A stretch of DNA of 64,000 bases from Candidatus Muiribacterium halophilum (GTDB taxonomy: Bacteria; Muiribacteriota; Muiribacteriia; Muiribacteriales; Muiribacteriaceae): the NCBI GenBank assembly GCA_002869225.1, contig PKTG01000025.1, positions 3,885 through 67,884 of the forward strand. The letters are read 5' to 3'. Below are positions 41,368 through 52,974 of the stretch, piece by piece. Both the position numbers and the translations under genes were made by a program. Numbering within the stretch: position 1 is the stretch's first letter; each line of letters starts with the position of its first letter. Under the pieces are notes generated by a model. The model was not told where the DNA came from. It worked only from the letters and a program-made list of their open reading frames with translations, and did not search any database.

Positions 41368-42552
41368 ATGAAGAGAAGTTCATCAAGAGTAGAGATAACT
41401 TTGTTTATTTATATAAATTTGCTTTGTCTTCTTATCATAACTTTTACTTTTGCAGCTATAAGGACATCTTTTGAACATGTTGTAAAAGGAGATATGCTTC
41501 AACAGGCTAGAAAGATCGAAAATTTAACACGTGGAAACAGAAATCTAAAATCCTTATTCGATATAAACTCACGCTTTGCAAGAGAGATAATGAAGAATAT
41601 AAATATTCGTATTATTCCTAAACAGTCGCCTGAATACGAAAAATTAAAAAAGACTTTTGGAAAAGTAAAAGAATTTGATCCAAAAACTCCCGAAGATTCA
41701 ATATTCAAAAAAGATGACAGATTCTTACTATATACAACATTTAAATCAGAAGGTAGAGAACATGTAATAACTATTTGGTCAGATCAATTTAAGGTACCGC
41801 TAATACCTCTTCCTATTATTATATTACTAATGACTATTGTTAATATAGCAAACTTCTTTGTCGTAATATTCTTAAGAAAGAACATCTCACAGCATAAAGA
41901 AGATGATATAGAAAAACAGGAGATAGCGTCTAATATAGCCCATGAACTTAAGAATCCCCTTGCAGGTATATCGCTTTTTGCTGAACTTCTGGAAAGAAAG
42001 ATAGATAGCGAACCGGAAAAAGAATATATACAAAATATAAGAAAACAGGTGAGAAATCTTAATAAGATAATAAGTAATTTTATTAACTTTGCAAGACCAT
42101 TTTCCTTAAATCTTCAAAACATCAGAATATCTGATATAACAGAAAAAATTATCAATGAACTAAAATATGATCTCAACGATATATCGATCAAGATCGATTC
42201 AAAAGAAAAAAAAGGCTTAAGATGGGATCCTGTTCTTCTTAAACAGGTATTTCATAATATGATATTAAATTCTATAGAAGCTTTTGAAGATGAAAAAAAC
42301 AAATATATTAAAATAAATATAAATGAAAATAATTCATATACCGTGTTTGAGATAGAAAACAACGGACCTGCAATAGAACAAAACGATTTAGAAAAGATAT
42401 TTAAACCTTATTTCACATCTAAGATAAAAGGTTCAGGATTAGGACTAGCAATATCAAAAAAGATAGTAAAAAAACACAACGGAACTATTGAACTTATAAG
42501 TTCTAGCGATGATAAGACAATCTTTAAAATAAAAATTTGGAGGAAATTATGA
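41368..42552 (+). CDS. sensor histidine kinase
   Basis: Two TM helices, an H-box (IAHELKNPLAGI) and HATPase_c G-boxes (GSGLGLAISKKIV). Confidence 0.85.
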   Translation: MKRSSSRVEITLFIYINLLCLLIITFTFAAIRTSFEHVVKGDMLQQARKIENLTRGNRNLKSLFDINSRFAREIMKNINIRIIPKQSPEYEKLKKTFGKVKEFDPKTPEDSIFKKDDRFLLYTTFKSEGREHVITIWSDQFKVPLIPLPIIILLMTIVNIANFFVVIFLRKNISQHKEDDIEKQEIASNIAHELKNPLAGISLFAELLERKIDSEPEKEYIQNIRKQVRNLNKIISNFINFARPFSLNLQNIRISDITEKIINELKYDLNDISIKIDSKEKKGLRWDPVLLKQVFHNMILNSIEAFEDEKNKYIKININENNSYTVFEIENNGPAIEQNDLEKIFKPYFTSKIKGSGLGLAISKKIVKKHNGTIELISSSDDKTIFKIKIWRKL

Positions 42553-43484
42553 GAAAAACGTTATTTACACTGATCATTATCACTTTTATCATGTCGTTCA
42601 ATGCGGTATCAGCACAGCAGGAGTGGTATCACTCTTTAAGTGAAGGCCTTAAAGCTGCAAATATTGAAAAAAAGAATATCATAGTTTACTTTTATACTGA
42701 TTGGTGCGGCTGGTGCAAAAGACTTTCAGCAGAAGTATTTTCAACAGAACAGTTCAAAGAATTTGCCTCAAAAGACTTCGTTCTTGTAAAAATAGATGCA
42801 GAAGATTACAGAAAGACAACAAAGAAATACAGAATATCTGGTTATCCTAGTATAGTTATACTAGACAGATACGGTAGGGAAATAGATAGAGTTGTAGGTT
42901 ATGCGCCAAGAGATAAATATATTGAGATGCTAAATCAGGCAGCATATTCACTTGATAATTTTAAAAATCTTAAGATGTTTGCTCAGGAAAAACCTGAAGA
43001 TAGACATATAAACTTCGCACTTGCTGAAAAGTACAATGAAAGAAAGATGTATAAGGAAGCAAAACTTTTTTATACAAAAGCTATAAATATTGATAACACT
43101 TATTGGGAAGCATATCTTAACTTAGGAAATATAGCTCAGTTTGAGAACAAACCGGCTGCTGCTGAGAAGTTCTATAGAAAAGCAAGCGAAAACACCACTC
43201 ATCCTGAAGAAGTATTGTATCAGGCTTCTATTGTGTCTTTCAATGCTGGAAAAAACAAAAGAGCAGCGGATGGATTTAGAAAATATATAGAAAAACATAA
43301 AGGTCAGAAGCTTAATAACAAAATAGAGACATGTTATTATTACATTTTCCTTACTTATATTAAGAATAAAGATCTTGATACCGCTTCTTCTGTTATAGAA
43401 GCTTTTAAAAAAGATTATCCATCAGCCGAAAAGACAAGAGAATATATGGGAAATATACTTAAAAAATATCAGGAGAAAAAATAA
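42537..43484 (+). CDS. secreted thioredoxin-fold protein with C-terminal TPR repeats
   Basis: Signal peptide; WCGWCK (CxxC) thioredoxin active-site motif; TPR-like repeats. Confidence 0.7.
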   Translation: MEEIMRKTLFTLIIITFIMSFNAVSAQQEWYHSLSEGLKAANIEKKNIIVYFYTDWCGWCKRLSAEVFSTEQFKEFASKDFVLVKIDAEDYRKTTKKYRISGYPSIVILDRYGREIDRVVGYAPRDKYIEMLNQAAYSLDNFKNLKMFAQEKPEDRHINFALAEKYNERKMYKEAKLFYTKAINIDNTYWEAYLNLGNIAQFENKPAAAEKFYRKASENTTHPEEVLYQASIVSFNAGKNKRAADGFRKYIEKHKGQKLNNKIETCYYYIFLTYIKNKDLDTASSVIEAFKKDYPSAEKTREYMGNILKKYQEKK

Positions 43485-43485
43485 T

Positions 43486-44094
43486 ATGTCTGAATATAAA
43501 GACTTGTCTTTTGATATTACAGATGATCTTTTAGAGAAAGTAATAGAATATCATTCAAAAAAGAGTCCTGGTGTCATAATCGGAACTTATTTATTGAAAT
43601 ACCTTATGGATAACCTGGGACCGGTCAAAGGTAAACTACATGTGGTAAGTGAGACAGGAGGATGTTTTCCGGACGTAGTAAGCGCTATACTATCAAGGAC
43701 TATCGGAAACAAATACCTTAGAATTATGGAGTATGGTCTTGTAGCTTATACTGCATATGGAAGGGATGAACCAGAAAAAGCTCTAAGAGTATATCTGGAT
43801 AATACAAAAATAGATAAAGATAAGTATCCCTACCTTTACGGATTCTGTCACGGAAGCAGACCACATGATAAATTTGATCGTCCAACTATAAACGAACTTA
43901 CTATAAAAGACTTTTTGAAAGTGAAATACGACATATTTGAAAAAGAGTGGCTTAAAAACGTCAAACTCGATTATAAACTTCCAAAAAAGAAGATAGTGAT
44001 ATGCGATCAATGTAATATCACTTTTTCAACTTTAAAAGAACTTGAGAGCACTTGCCCAATATGTAAGGATAAGGATCTTTATTTCACAAAATAA
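43486..44094 (+). CDS. FmdE-family-like protein with a C-terminal zinc ribbon
   Basis: TGGCFPDVVS and KALRVYL resemble FmdE conserved segments. A C-terminal CDQC...CPIC zinc ribbon is present. Confidence 0.4.
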   Translation: MSEYKDLSFDITDDLLEKVIEYHSKKSPGVIIGTYLLKYLMDNLGPVKGKLHVVSETGGCFPDVVSAILSRTIGNKYLRIMEYGLVAYTAYGRDEPEKALRVYLDNTKIDKDKYPYLYGFCHGSRPHDKFDRPTINELTIKDFLKVKYDIFEKEWLKNVKLDYKLPKKKIVICDQCNITFSTLKELESTCPICKDKDLYFTK

Positions 44095-44111
44095 GTAATG
44101 AACATTTTAAT

Positions 44112-44150
44112 AGAAAAAGAAGCACGAGATCAATCGTGCTTCTTTTTATT
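44112..44150. terminator. bidirectional rho-independent terminator between the FmdE-like gene and clpB
   Basis: 9-bp stem agaagcacg / cgtgcttct with an 8-nt loop, followed by T5; A-rich upstream. Confidence 0.6.
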
Positions 44151-44154
44151 TTAT

Positions 44155-46734
44155 CTATTTTATAGTCAACTTTATTTCATCCTCATCCCGGTCAATATAA
44201 ACTGTATCACCAGATCTTACATTTCCCGCTATAAATATCCTAGATAATGGATCTTCAATATATCTTCTTATTACTCTCTTAAGAGGTCTCGCTCCAAATT
44301 TTTTATCATAACCTTTTTCTCCTAAGAATTCGACAGCTTCAGGACTTAGCTGTATCGCTATATCTCTTTGAGACAATCTTTCCTTTAGGATCTTCTCCTG
44401 AACTTTTATTATCTTGAAAATATCATCCTTTGTCAGACTATCAAAGATTATTGTCTCATCTATTCTGTTTAAAAACTCAGGTCTGAAATGATCTTTTAAA
44501 ATATTACTGATCCTGATATTAACCTCTTCTTTTGATAGACCCTCATCAATTATAAGAGATGAACCAAGATTTGAAGTCATTATTATAACAGTATTCCTAA
44601 AATCAACAGTCCTTCCCTTACCATCGGTAAGTCTACCATCATCAAGTATCTGCAAAAGTATATTAAACACATCATTATGTGCTTTTTCTATCTCATCAAG
44701 TAGTATGATTGAATAAGGTCTTCTTCTAACCGCTTCTGTAAGATAACCACCCTCATCATATCCAACATATCCAGGAGGAGCACCTATTAATCTTGCAACA
44801 GAATGTTTCTCCATATATTCACTCATATCTATTCTGATCATAGATTTTTCTGTATCAAAAAGGAATTTTGCCAAGGTCTTGGCTAATTCTGTCTTACCTA
44901 CACCTGTCGGACCCAGAAAAATAAAACTTCCAATAGGTCTTTCCTTATCATGTAATCCAGCTCTCCCTCTTAAAACAGCATTCGATACGGATCTCACGGC
45001 ATCTTTCTGTCCTATTACCCTTTCTGCAAGTCTATCCTCTATATTTAAAAGTCTTTCCTTTTCACTTTGAACTATCCTTATAACAGGTATTCCTGTCCAT
45101 TTTGCTACGATCTCTGCAATAAGATCATCTTCTACTTCTTCTTTTAATAACTGTTTATCGCTTTGAAGTTGTTTTAATCTTTCCTCATTCTCTTTTATAT
45201 CTTCCTGTCTCTTAGGGATCTTTCCGTATCTTATCTCTGATGCTAAAGCAAAATCTGCGTTCCTTTCAGCTTTTTCCTCCTCTGTCTTTAAAAGGTCAAG
45301 CTCAGTCTTCAGTCTTTGAATTTCAGATATAAGCTTTTTCTCCTGTTTCCATCTACCTTCTAATGCCAATTCCTGTTCTGAAAGTTCTGATATCTCTGTC
45401 TCTATTTCTTTAGCTCTTTTCTTGTTATCAGCATTTTTTTCTCTCATCAACCCTGCTCTTTCTATCTCAAGTTGCATCTTTTTCCTTTTTATATCATCAA
45501 GCTCAACAGGAACACTATCGATTTCCATCCTCAACCTGGATGCCGCTTCATCAATAAGGTCAATAGCTTTGTCTGGAAGAAATCTGTCAGCAATATATCT
45601 ACTTGATAGCATAACAGCCGAAATCAAAGCAGAATCTTTTATCTTTACACCATGATGTATCTCATATTTTTCTCTAAGACCTCTTAGAATAGATATTGCC
45701 TCCTCTTCGGATGGCTCCTGAACAAGGACCTGTTGAAATCTTCTTTCAAGTGCAGCATCTTTCTCTATATATTTTCTATACTCAGCTAAAGTCGTAGCAC
45801 CAATACATCTAAGGTCTCCTCTGGCAAGTGCTGGTTTTAACATATTAGATGCATCTACAGCTCCCTGGCTAGCGCCTGCACCAACTAAAGTGTGAAGTTC
45901 ATCTATAAAAAGGATTATCTCACCTTCAGAATTTTCTATTTCGTTTATAACAGCTTTAAGACGATCCTCAAATTCTCCACGATATTTGGAACCTGCTATA
46001 AGCGCACCCATATCAAGTGAAAAGACCGTCTTTCCTTTGAGTGTCTCCGGTATATCGTTTTGAGCTATCCTTAATGCTAGCCCCTCTACTATTGCTGTTT
46101 TACCAACTCCAGGCTCTCCTATTAGAACTGGATTGTTTTTAGTTCTTCTTGATAGCACCTGAATAACTCTTCTTATCTCTTCGTCTCTACCTATGACAGG
46201 ATCTAGTTTTCCACTTCTTGCAATCTCTGTCATATCTTTGCCAAATTTCTTTAAAGGAGAATAATTTTCTTCGGAATTCTCTGTATTTACCTTAACACCA
46301 CCTCTTATTTCCTTTAATGCTTTTATAAGCTCGTCTTCTCTTACTCCATTTGCCTTTAAAATTTTAGAGACTTCAGACTCTATTCTTAAAACAGCTACAA
46401 AAATATGATCAACACTTATAAAATCATCTTCAAATTCTTTTGACCCCTTAAATGATTCTTCAAGTATTATGTTTGCTTCATTTGAAAGGTATTGCTGACC
46501 TATAATACCCTCCACTTTAGGTATCTTTTTAAGAATATTTTCGTTTTCCTCTATTATTTTATTTATTGGAGCACCTACTTTTGATATGAGAGTCTTTCCA
46601 ACGGAATCCTCCATAGAGAGTATTGCTTTAAGTATATGCGATGGAGATATAGCCTGATGACTCGACCCGTCGGCTATCTGTCCTGCTTTTTCAATTACCT
46701 TCTGGGATCTTATAGTAAATCTATCCATTCTCAT
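44155..46734 (-). CDS. clpB: ATP-dependent chaperone ClpB
   Basis: 859 aa with a Clp N-domain, two AAA+ modules carrying Walker A motifs ([16 protein letters not shown]) and a middle coiled-coil. Confidence 0.95.
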   Translation of the reverse strand: MRMDRFTIRSQKVIEKAGQIADGSSHQAISPSHILKAILSMEDSVGKTLISKVGAPINKIIEENENILKKIPKVEGIIGQQYLSNEANIILEESFKGSKEFEDDFISVDHIFVAVLRIESEVSKILKANGVREDELIKALKEIRGGVKVNTENSEENYSPLKKFGKDMTEIARSGKLDPVIGRDEEIRRVIQVLSRRTKNNPVLIGEPGVGKTAIVEGLALRIAQNDIPETLKGKTVFSLDMGALIAGSKYRGEFEDRLKAVINEIENSEGEIILFIDELHTLVGAGASQGAVDASNMLKPALARGDLRCIGATTLAEYRKYIEKDAALERRFQQVLVQEPSEEEAISILRGLREKYEIHHGVKIKDSALISAVMLSSRYIADRFLPDKAIDLIDEAASRLRMEIDSVPVELDDIKRKKMQLEIERAGLMREKNADNKKRAKEIETEISELSEQELALEGRWKQEKKLISEIQRLKTELDLLKTEEEKAERNADFALASEIRYGKIPKRQEDIKENEERLKQLQSDKQLLKEEVEDDLIAEIVAKWTGIPVIRIVQSEKERLLNIEDRLAERVIGQKDAVRSVSNAVLRGRAGLHDKERPIGSFIFLGPTGVGKTELAKTLAKFLFDTEKSMIRIDMSEYMEKHSVARLIGAPPGYVGYDEGGYLTEAVRRRPYSIILLDEIEKAHNDVFNILLQILDDGRLTDGKGRTVDFRNTVIIMTSNLGSSLIIDEGLSKEEVNIRISNILKDHFRPEFLNRIDETIIFDSLTKDDIFKIIKVQEKILKERLSQRDIAIQLSPEAVEFLGEKGYDKKFGARPLKRVIRRYIEDPLSRIFIAGNVRSGDTVYIDRDEDEIKLTIK

Positions 46735-46944
46735 ATTGCCCTCCTGGTAAAATTTTGATCTTATATTATATTTACAAAAACTATTCCATAATACACAATC
46801 AGGTGTTGGCTTTTTTTTATGTAGATTTTTTCTACACTTTTTTTCACAAAAAGGATAAACACTCCTCAGTATTTTTTTGACTATGAAACGCTTAATAGGT
46901 TAATATCTTTATTAATAATATCTGGGAAAGATTCTGAGGAAATT

Positions 46945-47967
46945 ATGCGAATTTTAAGTCTGGGAAAAAGATTAGACAGACCGGAATATAACGATATCTT
47001 CAAAGAACTTGATAAATTTGATGATTTAGAGTTTTCAGCTGTAAAAGAACATGATTCAAATGACTCTCCTTATATTTCCATAAAAGAGACAAATAATCTA
47101 TTCTCTTTTTTTTCAAAAGAAGCTAATCTTTCCTATGAAAAAAATCAACTCAGAAAAATATTATATAAATTTTCACCGGAGATAATTGAGATACATGCAG
47201 AACCACATCATAGATTATGTCATGATATCTTCCTATGCTGCAATGATCTGGGGATTTCTCCCTCTTTTATTTTATATCCCGAAAAAAGTTTAAAAGATCA
47301 TCTTATATATCCTTATAATAATATCAGAAAAAATACATTAAGCAGGACTTCTTTTATTGTTCTGAGAAACGATTCCCTAAAAGACCAGATAAAAGACTCT
47401 GCTTTTAAGAATTCTTTTAGAAAGATCCCATTCCCTGCTTATCTTATTGAAAAAAGAAAAAAAGATAATGATATATGTAATATCCTCATATCGATTGTAA
47501 ATGATCTATCTGAAGATGTATTTGAAGATTTATTATCTCTTTCCGATTATATACAAAGATTAAAGTTTAATATAGTTGGAAATATAAGGATTTTTAAAAA
47601 ACTAAAAAAAGAAGGATTTAACTGCGATCTTTTTGAAGATCTTTCGAGAGAAGAGATAATATCCCTGCTATCCAGGACAGATATTGTATTATTGGATAAT
47701 GATTCCTCTAAAAATCATAATACTCTAATACCATTTACTTTTTTTAATAAGATCCCTTGTCTTACAACTAAATCTTCAGAATTTTCAATAGATATTACGA
47801 CTCTTGATGAATATAAATTAAAAAAACTTATACTTGGTGATATTGACCCTTTCGTTGAGATCATTAATAAAGCAGGAAAAAAAGCTTATAAGGATTTTTC
47901 TGCAGGAAAATGTGCATTTGAGACTTACGAACTCTATAAGTTTCTTTTTAAGACTATGATCAGATGA
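46945..47967 (+). CDS. hypothetical protein
   Basis: ORF of 340 aa. A glycosyltransferase-like C-terminal half is possible but not supported. Confidence 0.3.
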   Translation: MRILSLGKRLDRPEYNDIFKELDKFDDLEFSAVKEHDSNDSPYISIKETNNLFSFFSKEANLSYEKNQLRKILYKFSPEIIEIHAEPHHRLCHDIFLCCNDLGISPSFILYPEKSLKDHLIYPYNNIRKNTLSRTSFIVLRNDSLKDQIKDSAFKNSFRKIPFPAYLIEKRKKDNDICNILISIVNDLSEDVFEDLLSLSDYIQRLKFNIVGNIRIFKKLKKEGFNCDLFEDLSREEIISLLSRTDIVLLDNDSSKNHNTLIPFTFFNKIPCLTTKSSEFSIDITTLDEYKLKKLILGDIDPFVEIINKAGKKAYKDFSAGKCAFETYELYKFLFKTMIR

Positions 47968-48684
47968 TCAATCTTTTATCATCTCAAGTATATCAGTTGA
48001 AGTCTTTATGAGATACTCATCCCCTTCATCTCTACCTTTTTTCTGTAGTTTCTGAAGTATTATCTCTGGAAATACTTTTTTCCACATATTCATATATTCT
48101 TCACGACATGCATCAACCACATAAGGATAAAGGGTCAGGATATATTCAGCTACCTCAAGATCGTCCTTATATTTAAGGAAATACCTGCTTATATTCTGTC
48201 TCACCTCTTTTTCTTCATCAATAAGAGCCACTCCGGCAAGTTTAAAGAAGTCACGATTGCCAAGATTGACGATACCTTCAGCTATGATCTTTCTTGCAGT
48301 GTTATTTGCAAAATATCTTAGAACAAGATCGAAACCTTCTATCACTCTTTCATTATACTTTCTTGTGATATTCTTTACTTCTTTAAGAATCTCAAGTTCC
48401 TTGTCTATCTCAAAATCAAAAAGGTAAAGTTTTTCAATAAGTTCATCAGTGGGGTCCATCTTAAAACTATTCTCTTTTTTTTCTCCATCATCTTCCGGAA
48501 GGGGAACCGAATCTTTTATGAGAATATTCACCTCGCTGACATCTTCGGCATTGTTTATATCTCTTATATTAAATACTGTAAGCACAGTTTCCTTATCACC
48601 TATTATCTTACCTGCAGAAACAATATCCTCGGCAAGTATCATACCTCTTTTTAAGGTGTTTTTCAGAAGAGTCTGAGTTTCCAA
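47968..48684 (-). CDS. hypothetical protein
   Basis: ORF of 238 aa with no recognisable domain. Confidence 0.3.
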   Translation of the reverse strand: METQTLLKNTLKRGMILAEDIVSAGKIIGDKETVLTVFNIRDINNAEDVSEVNILIKDSVPLPEDDGEKKENSFKMDPTDELIEKLYLFDFEIDKELEILKEVKNITRKYNERVIEGFDLVLRYFANNTARKIIAEGIVNLGNRDFFKLAGVALIDEEKEVRQNISRYFLKYKDDLEVAEYILTLYPYVVDACREEYMNMWKKVFPEIILQKLQKKGRDEGDEYLIKTSTDILEMIKD

Positions 48685-48792
48685 AAGTGCCTCCAGTAAT
48701 GTTTTTCTTTATTATATCATAATATTTTTTATTTTAAAAAAACAGCTTAGATATGTACGTTTATATGTTATAATAATAACATCGGAGGTTTT

Positions 48793-49527
48793 ATGATAAA
48801 AATTAATAATATTGAATTCTGTAAAAACAATAAAATCATCATCGATTCACTTACTCATACATTTGAGAAAGGGAAAATAAATTTTATAATTGGTGAAAAT
48901 GGAGTTGGAAAGACCACGCTACTTAATATACTTGGTGGAGTGTTTGATAGTACTGGAGTTAAAAGCACAGACTATGGTGATATTTGTACTGAAAATCATC
49001 AATATAAAGCAGAACTTGGCTTTTTAATGGAAACTCCTTTCTTTTACTATAACCTTACTTCAGATGAATTTATTGACCTTGTACTTTCACTTAGAAAAAA
49101 AGAAGTGTCGTCAGATGAAAAAAAACGTTGGTATGAACTATTTAAAATGATCGATTTCACAAATATACCTATAAGTTCACTGTCAAAAGGAGCCAGGCAA
49201 AAGACAGCAATAATCTCAACCCTCATTCATGACCCCGAGTATATTCTAATGGACGAACCTGTGAATGGTCTTGATCCTGTTGGAGTAAAGATACTAAAAG
49301 AGATACTTGTTGCTGAAAAGAAAAAAAATAAAACGATAATCGTATCAACCCATATATTAGAGATAGCTGAAAAACTTGCTGATGATGTGCTCGTAATAAA
49401 AGATGGTAAAAAGATAGCCTCAGGAAACATCTCAGATCTTAGAAAAAACGCTGATGAGGAACTGGAGGATATTTTTTTAAGGTTGACAGAAAATCATGAT
49501 TATGAAAAGGTGCTTAGTCTAATATGA
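48793..49527 (+). CDS. ABC transporter ATP-binding protein
   Basis: Walker A (GENGVGKTT), a degenerate signature (LSKGARQK) and Walker B (ILMDEP). Confidence 0.8.
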   Translation: MIKINNIEFCKNNKIIIDSLTHTFEKGKINFIIGENGVGKTTLLNILGGVFDSTGVKSTDYGDICTENHQYKAELGFLMETPFFYYNLTSDEFIDLVLSLRKKEVSSDEKKRWYELFKMIDFTNIPISSLSKGARQKTAIISTLIHDPEYILMDEPVNGLDPVGVKILKEILVAEKKKNKTIIVSTHILEIAEKLADDVLVIKDGKKIASGNISDLRKNADEELEDIFLRLTENHDYEKVLSLI

Positions 49528-51119
49528 AAAAATATCTTATATTCTTATACTCTATATTATACACAGGAAAAAACAGAAATTTTTTAAGGTTCTTTCTTAG
49601 CGGATTCCTGGTGATCTGTGTGTTCTCTATTGGACGTTCCTTAAACAACGTCATACTGGATAGACTTATTGATAATATAGATCAGGAATTTCTTCTAACC
49701 GTATATACACAATTTCATTCGATCTTAGGATTTATTCTCGTTTCTATAGCCTCTATGTCCTGTATAATATACAGTTTTAATATCTTTTTTAAAGATAGCG
49801 AGCTTTACTTTCTTTTTTCTCTTCCTATTAAGACATCTGAGGTCTTCTTCAACAGATTTATGAAGATCTTTTTATATTCTTCCTCGGTTTACATCCTTTT
49901 CTCAGCTGGAATATTATCAACTCTGCACAGACTTTTTAATATCAAAGCAAACATCATCACTTTACTATTATCCTATTTAAGTGTTCCCCTTATTTACACA
50001 TCAATTTCTATACTTATCGTCTTTCTATTTACGATGATATTAGGTTCTATAAATTCAAGAAGGTTTCTTATATCCTTTTCCGTCTTTATGATAACAGTTA
50101 TAACCGTTGCGGTCAGATATATGAGACCTGAAAGACTATTTCAGATGAATAATATAGAACTTGACACCTATATGGAAAAACTCTCAATGCCATTTTTAAA
50201 ATTTTCTCCAGGTGATATACCTTCAAGAGTCATGCTATTAATATCAAACGGCAGATCTTTGGACGCTATTACCTTTACAGCTTGTTGTCTTTTATTATCT
50301 TTTATTCTACTAACAATATGTTCTTTTTTATATAAAAGACTGCACGGCGAACTGAGCGGAGAAAACCAACCCACTTCTTCTATGAAAAGATTAAACATAA
50401 AAAAACAGGATACAACAAAGACTCTATTGAAGAAGAAAGAAATCACTTTATTTCTTAGAGATAATTTTAATATGCAACAGTTATGGCTATTCATTGGTCT
50501 TATAGCAGTCTTTTTCTTTAACGCATATTATCTAAAAAATATGGGCGGGAAAAACTTCTATGATACTATAACTTTCTTTTTTAACCTCGGTGTGATACTT
50601 CTTATAAGTGCTTCTTTTATCGCAAGGTTCTTCTTCGGGTTCTTCGTGAAGACAATAAAAGAAAAAGATTTTCTTAAATCACTTCCAATAAATATAGAAA
50701 TACTCTTTAAAGCCAGACAGGAACTTTTCTTTACGGCATGTTGTGTGTTTTCTGTTTTTGCTTTACTTCTTTTACTACTCGTCTACCGTCCCGAATTGTA
50801 TATTATTTTAATCTCTATAATCGATATCTTTTTATTTATATCACTTTATATAAATATGGCTTTATATATATCACTTAGATTTTTAGATGAACAACTCGAT
50901 ATCTTTTCAATACCGGTGTTGTTTTACATCTTATTCAATCTTTTTTTAACTGCTTTTGTCACTCTTATTCAAGCTTTTGGAATGATTGGAACAAGGCATA
51001 TTCAAAACACTACAAGACTGGGTCGAATAGGATCGGTAATAGCACTTGTAATATTGATCGTATTTTTTATTTCGGGAATTTTTAAAAGACTTTCAAGACG
51101 AAAGATCAGAAGTTTATAA
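49524..51119 (+). CDS. polytopic membrane protein, putative ABC-2-type permease partner
   Basis: 531 aa with more than 10 predicted TM helices. Its start overlaps the ABC ATPase stop. Confidence 0.4.
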   Translation: MKKYLIFLYSILYTGKNRNFLRFFLSGFLVICVFSIGRSLNNVILDRLIDNIDQEFLLTVYTQFHSILGFILVSIASMSCIIYSFNIFFKDSELYFLFSLPIKTSEVFFNRFMKIFLYSSSVYILFSAGILSTLHRLFNIKANIITLLLSYLSVPLIYTSISILIVFLFTMILGSINSRRFLISFSVFMITVITVAVRYMRPERLFQMNNIELDTYMEKLSMPFLKFSPGDIPSRVMLLISNGRSLDAITFTACCLLLSFILLTICSFLYKRLHGELSGENQPTSSMKRLNIKKQDTTKTLLKKKEITLFLRDNFNMQQLWLFIGLIAVFFFNAYYLKNMGGKNFYDTITFFFNLGVILLISASFIARFFFGFFVKTIKEKDFLKSLPINIEILFKARQELFFTACCVFSVFALLLLLLVYRPELYIILISIIDIFLFISLYINMALYISLRFLDEQLDIFSIPVLFYILFNLFLTAFVTLIQAFGMIGTRHIQNTTRLGRIGSVIALVILIVFFISGIFKRLSRRKIRSL

Positions 51120-51190
51120 TGATAGTTGATAGATATAAATCAATAGTGTATTCTAAATATTGATATAATGAAAAACAAATCGGGTATAAT

Positions 51191-51916
51191 ATGACAAAGA
51201 CAATAAAAGCTGATGAACTAACCAAAATATACGGTGGCAGAAAAGTAGTAAACAACGTATCCATCTCACTCTCTAAAGGTGAGATAACTGGTCTTTTAGG
51301 ACCAAACGGTGCTGGTAAGACAACATCTTTTTATATGATCGTCGGTATTGTTTCTCCAAAATCCGGTAACATTTTTCTTAACGATCAAAATATTACCGAT
51401 ATCCCGATGTACAAAAGAGCTCGTCTTGGAATAGGATACCTTCCTCAGGAACCTTCTGTGTTTCGTAAATTAACGGTATGGCAAAATATATTAGCAATCC
51501 TACAGTTTACCGAACTTACAAAAAAAGAACAACATTATAGAGCTGAAGAACTACTCGACGAATTGAAGATAACTCATATACGAGATTCTTTAGGCGTCTC
51601 TCTATCAGGTGGAGAAAGAAGAAGAGTGGAGATAGCAAGAGCAATATCTACCAGTCCTGATTTTCTGCTTCTGGATGAACCATTTGCGGGTGTTGATCCT
51701 ATTGCTGTTGCAGATATACAGGAGATCATATCTGAGCTGAAGAAAAGTGGTCTTGGAATACTCATAACCGATCATAATGTTAGAGAGACTCTTTCAATAA
51801 CGGATAGAGCTTATGTTATGAACAGCGGTGAGATACTTGTAGAAGGCGATGCCGAGATGATCTCAAATGATCCAAAAGCACGTCAGTTTTACCTGGGAGA
51901 AAAATTCAGATTATGA
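51191..51916 (+). CDS. lptB: LPS export ABC transporter ATP-binding protein LptB
   Basis: [40 protein letters not shown] and [12 protein letters not shown] are all typical of LptB. Confidence 0.85.
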   Translation: MTKTIKADELTKIYGGRKVVNNVSISLSKGEITGLLGPNGAGKTTSFYMIVGIVSPKSGNIFLNDQNITDIPMYKRARLGIGYLPQEPSVFRKLTVWQNILAILQFTELTKKEQHYRAEELLDELKITHIRDSLGVSLSGGERRRVEIARAISTSPDFLLLDEPFAGVDPIAVADIQEIISELKKSGLGILITDHNVRETLSITDRAYVMNSGEILVEGDAEMISNDPKARQFYLGEKFRL

Positions 51917-52974
51917 GTGAAGCCTCAATAAAACTAATTGCCATAATGATATTCAGTGGACTTCTCGCTTATATAGGAGATCAGGTTGGGTATAAACTCG
52001 GCAAAAAAAGAATATCACTCTTCGGATTAAGACCTAGACAGACAGCGACTGTCATTACAATAACATTCGGTATAATAATAACGTTTTTAACTATAATATT
52101 TGCTATGATCCTCTCAGAAGATGTCAGAATAGCATTGACCAAAGTAGAAGAAATAAAAAGAGCGATAAGGGAAAAAGAAAAGACGTATCAGGAACTTGTC
52201 AAGGAAAAGGAACATGTACTAAGCACAGTTGACGGTCTTAATAGCGATATAATAGAAAAGAAAAAAGAAATAAAGACTTTAAAAGATTTTTACAGTGAAC
52301 TTAAAAGAAGCGTTATTATTTTTGAAGTAAACGAGATGATATCTTTTGTAATGATCGACAAAAATTCTTCTTATGATGACATAATCAAGAAATTTCAGGA
52401 ACTATTTACAAAGACACATAGAAAAGTCACTCAGGCCGGGATAAAAGCCAGAGACCTTAAGACAATAATGAAAGAATACGATAAGATGATAAAAGAAAAA
52501 GCTAAGCTTCTGGAAAACTCTCCTACAAGGATACTCTTAAAGACGGTAGCTTCATCAAATCTGACCTTAAAGACAATGGGTGGAAACTTTTTCGATGTTA
52601 TAGCTATAAACGAAGTGAAAATAATACCAGCTGGAACAGTTATCAGAAGCCCTTTCTATATTGATGCAAAAAAACTTGATATTAAATCTATTTATGCCAC
52701 TGTAGATCTAAGTATACAGCAGGTTTATGATTTTCTTATAAAGAAAAATGCTTTTATTAATTCACCTGATTTTGTCCATCCAGTCGAAATATACGAAATA
52801 TCTGAGGATGTAAAAAACACAGATCAGAAGATAATGCTTGAATTTATTTTTAAAGATGATGTCTATACGTTCGGTCCATTTAATTTCCAGGTAAGATTTG
52901 TTGTAAAAGATCTTGATAAGGATAAAGCAGAAGATAAAGATAAAGCAGAAAACAAAGATGAAAAGACTATTTAA
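51913..52974 (+). CDS. DUF3084 domain protein (membrane-anchored coiled-coil)
   Basis: N-terminus [30 protein letters not shown] matches the DUF3084 signature. A coiled-coil follows, with a C-terminal [16 protein letters not shown] tandem repeat. Confidence 0.5.
   Translation: MSEASIKLIAIMIFSGLLAYIGDQVGYKLGKKRISLFGLRPRQTATVITITFGIIITFLTIIFAMILSEDVRIALTKVEEIKRAIREKEKTYQELVKEKEHVLSTVDGLNSDIIEKKKEIKTLKDFYSELKRSVIIFEVNEMISFVMIDKNSSYDDIIKKFQELFTKTHRKVTQAGIKARDLKTIMKEYDKMIKEKAKLLENSPTRILLKTVASSNLTLKTMGGNFFDVIAINEVKIIPAGTVIRSPFYIDAKKLDIKSIYATVDLSIQQVYDFLIKKNAFINSPDFVHPVEIYEISEDVKNTDQKIMLEFIFKDDVYTFGPFNFQVRFVVKDLDKDKAEDKDKAENKDEKTI

Noticed and set aside
46735-46944. A CIRCE/HrcA operator upstream of clpB.
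   Set aside because: No TTAGCACTC-N9-GAGTGCTAA-like inverted repeat is present. Only AT-rich promoter-like sequence.
51120-51190. A promoter call upstream of lptB (TATAAT immediately abutting the ATG).
   Set aside because: The -10-like hexamer at 51185-51190 directly precedes the annotated start codon, and the candidate -35 elements have poor spacing. Too ambiguous to annotate.
52880-52960. Tandem nucleotide repeats (gataaagcagaa units) that could be a repeat or minisatellite feature.
   Set aside because: They lie within the DUF3084 coding frame and encode a [16 protein letters not shown] low-complexity tail. I noted them under the lptB-DUF3084 finding rather than as a separate repeat feature.
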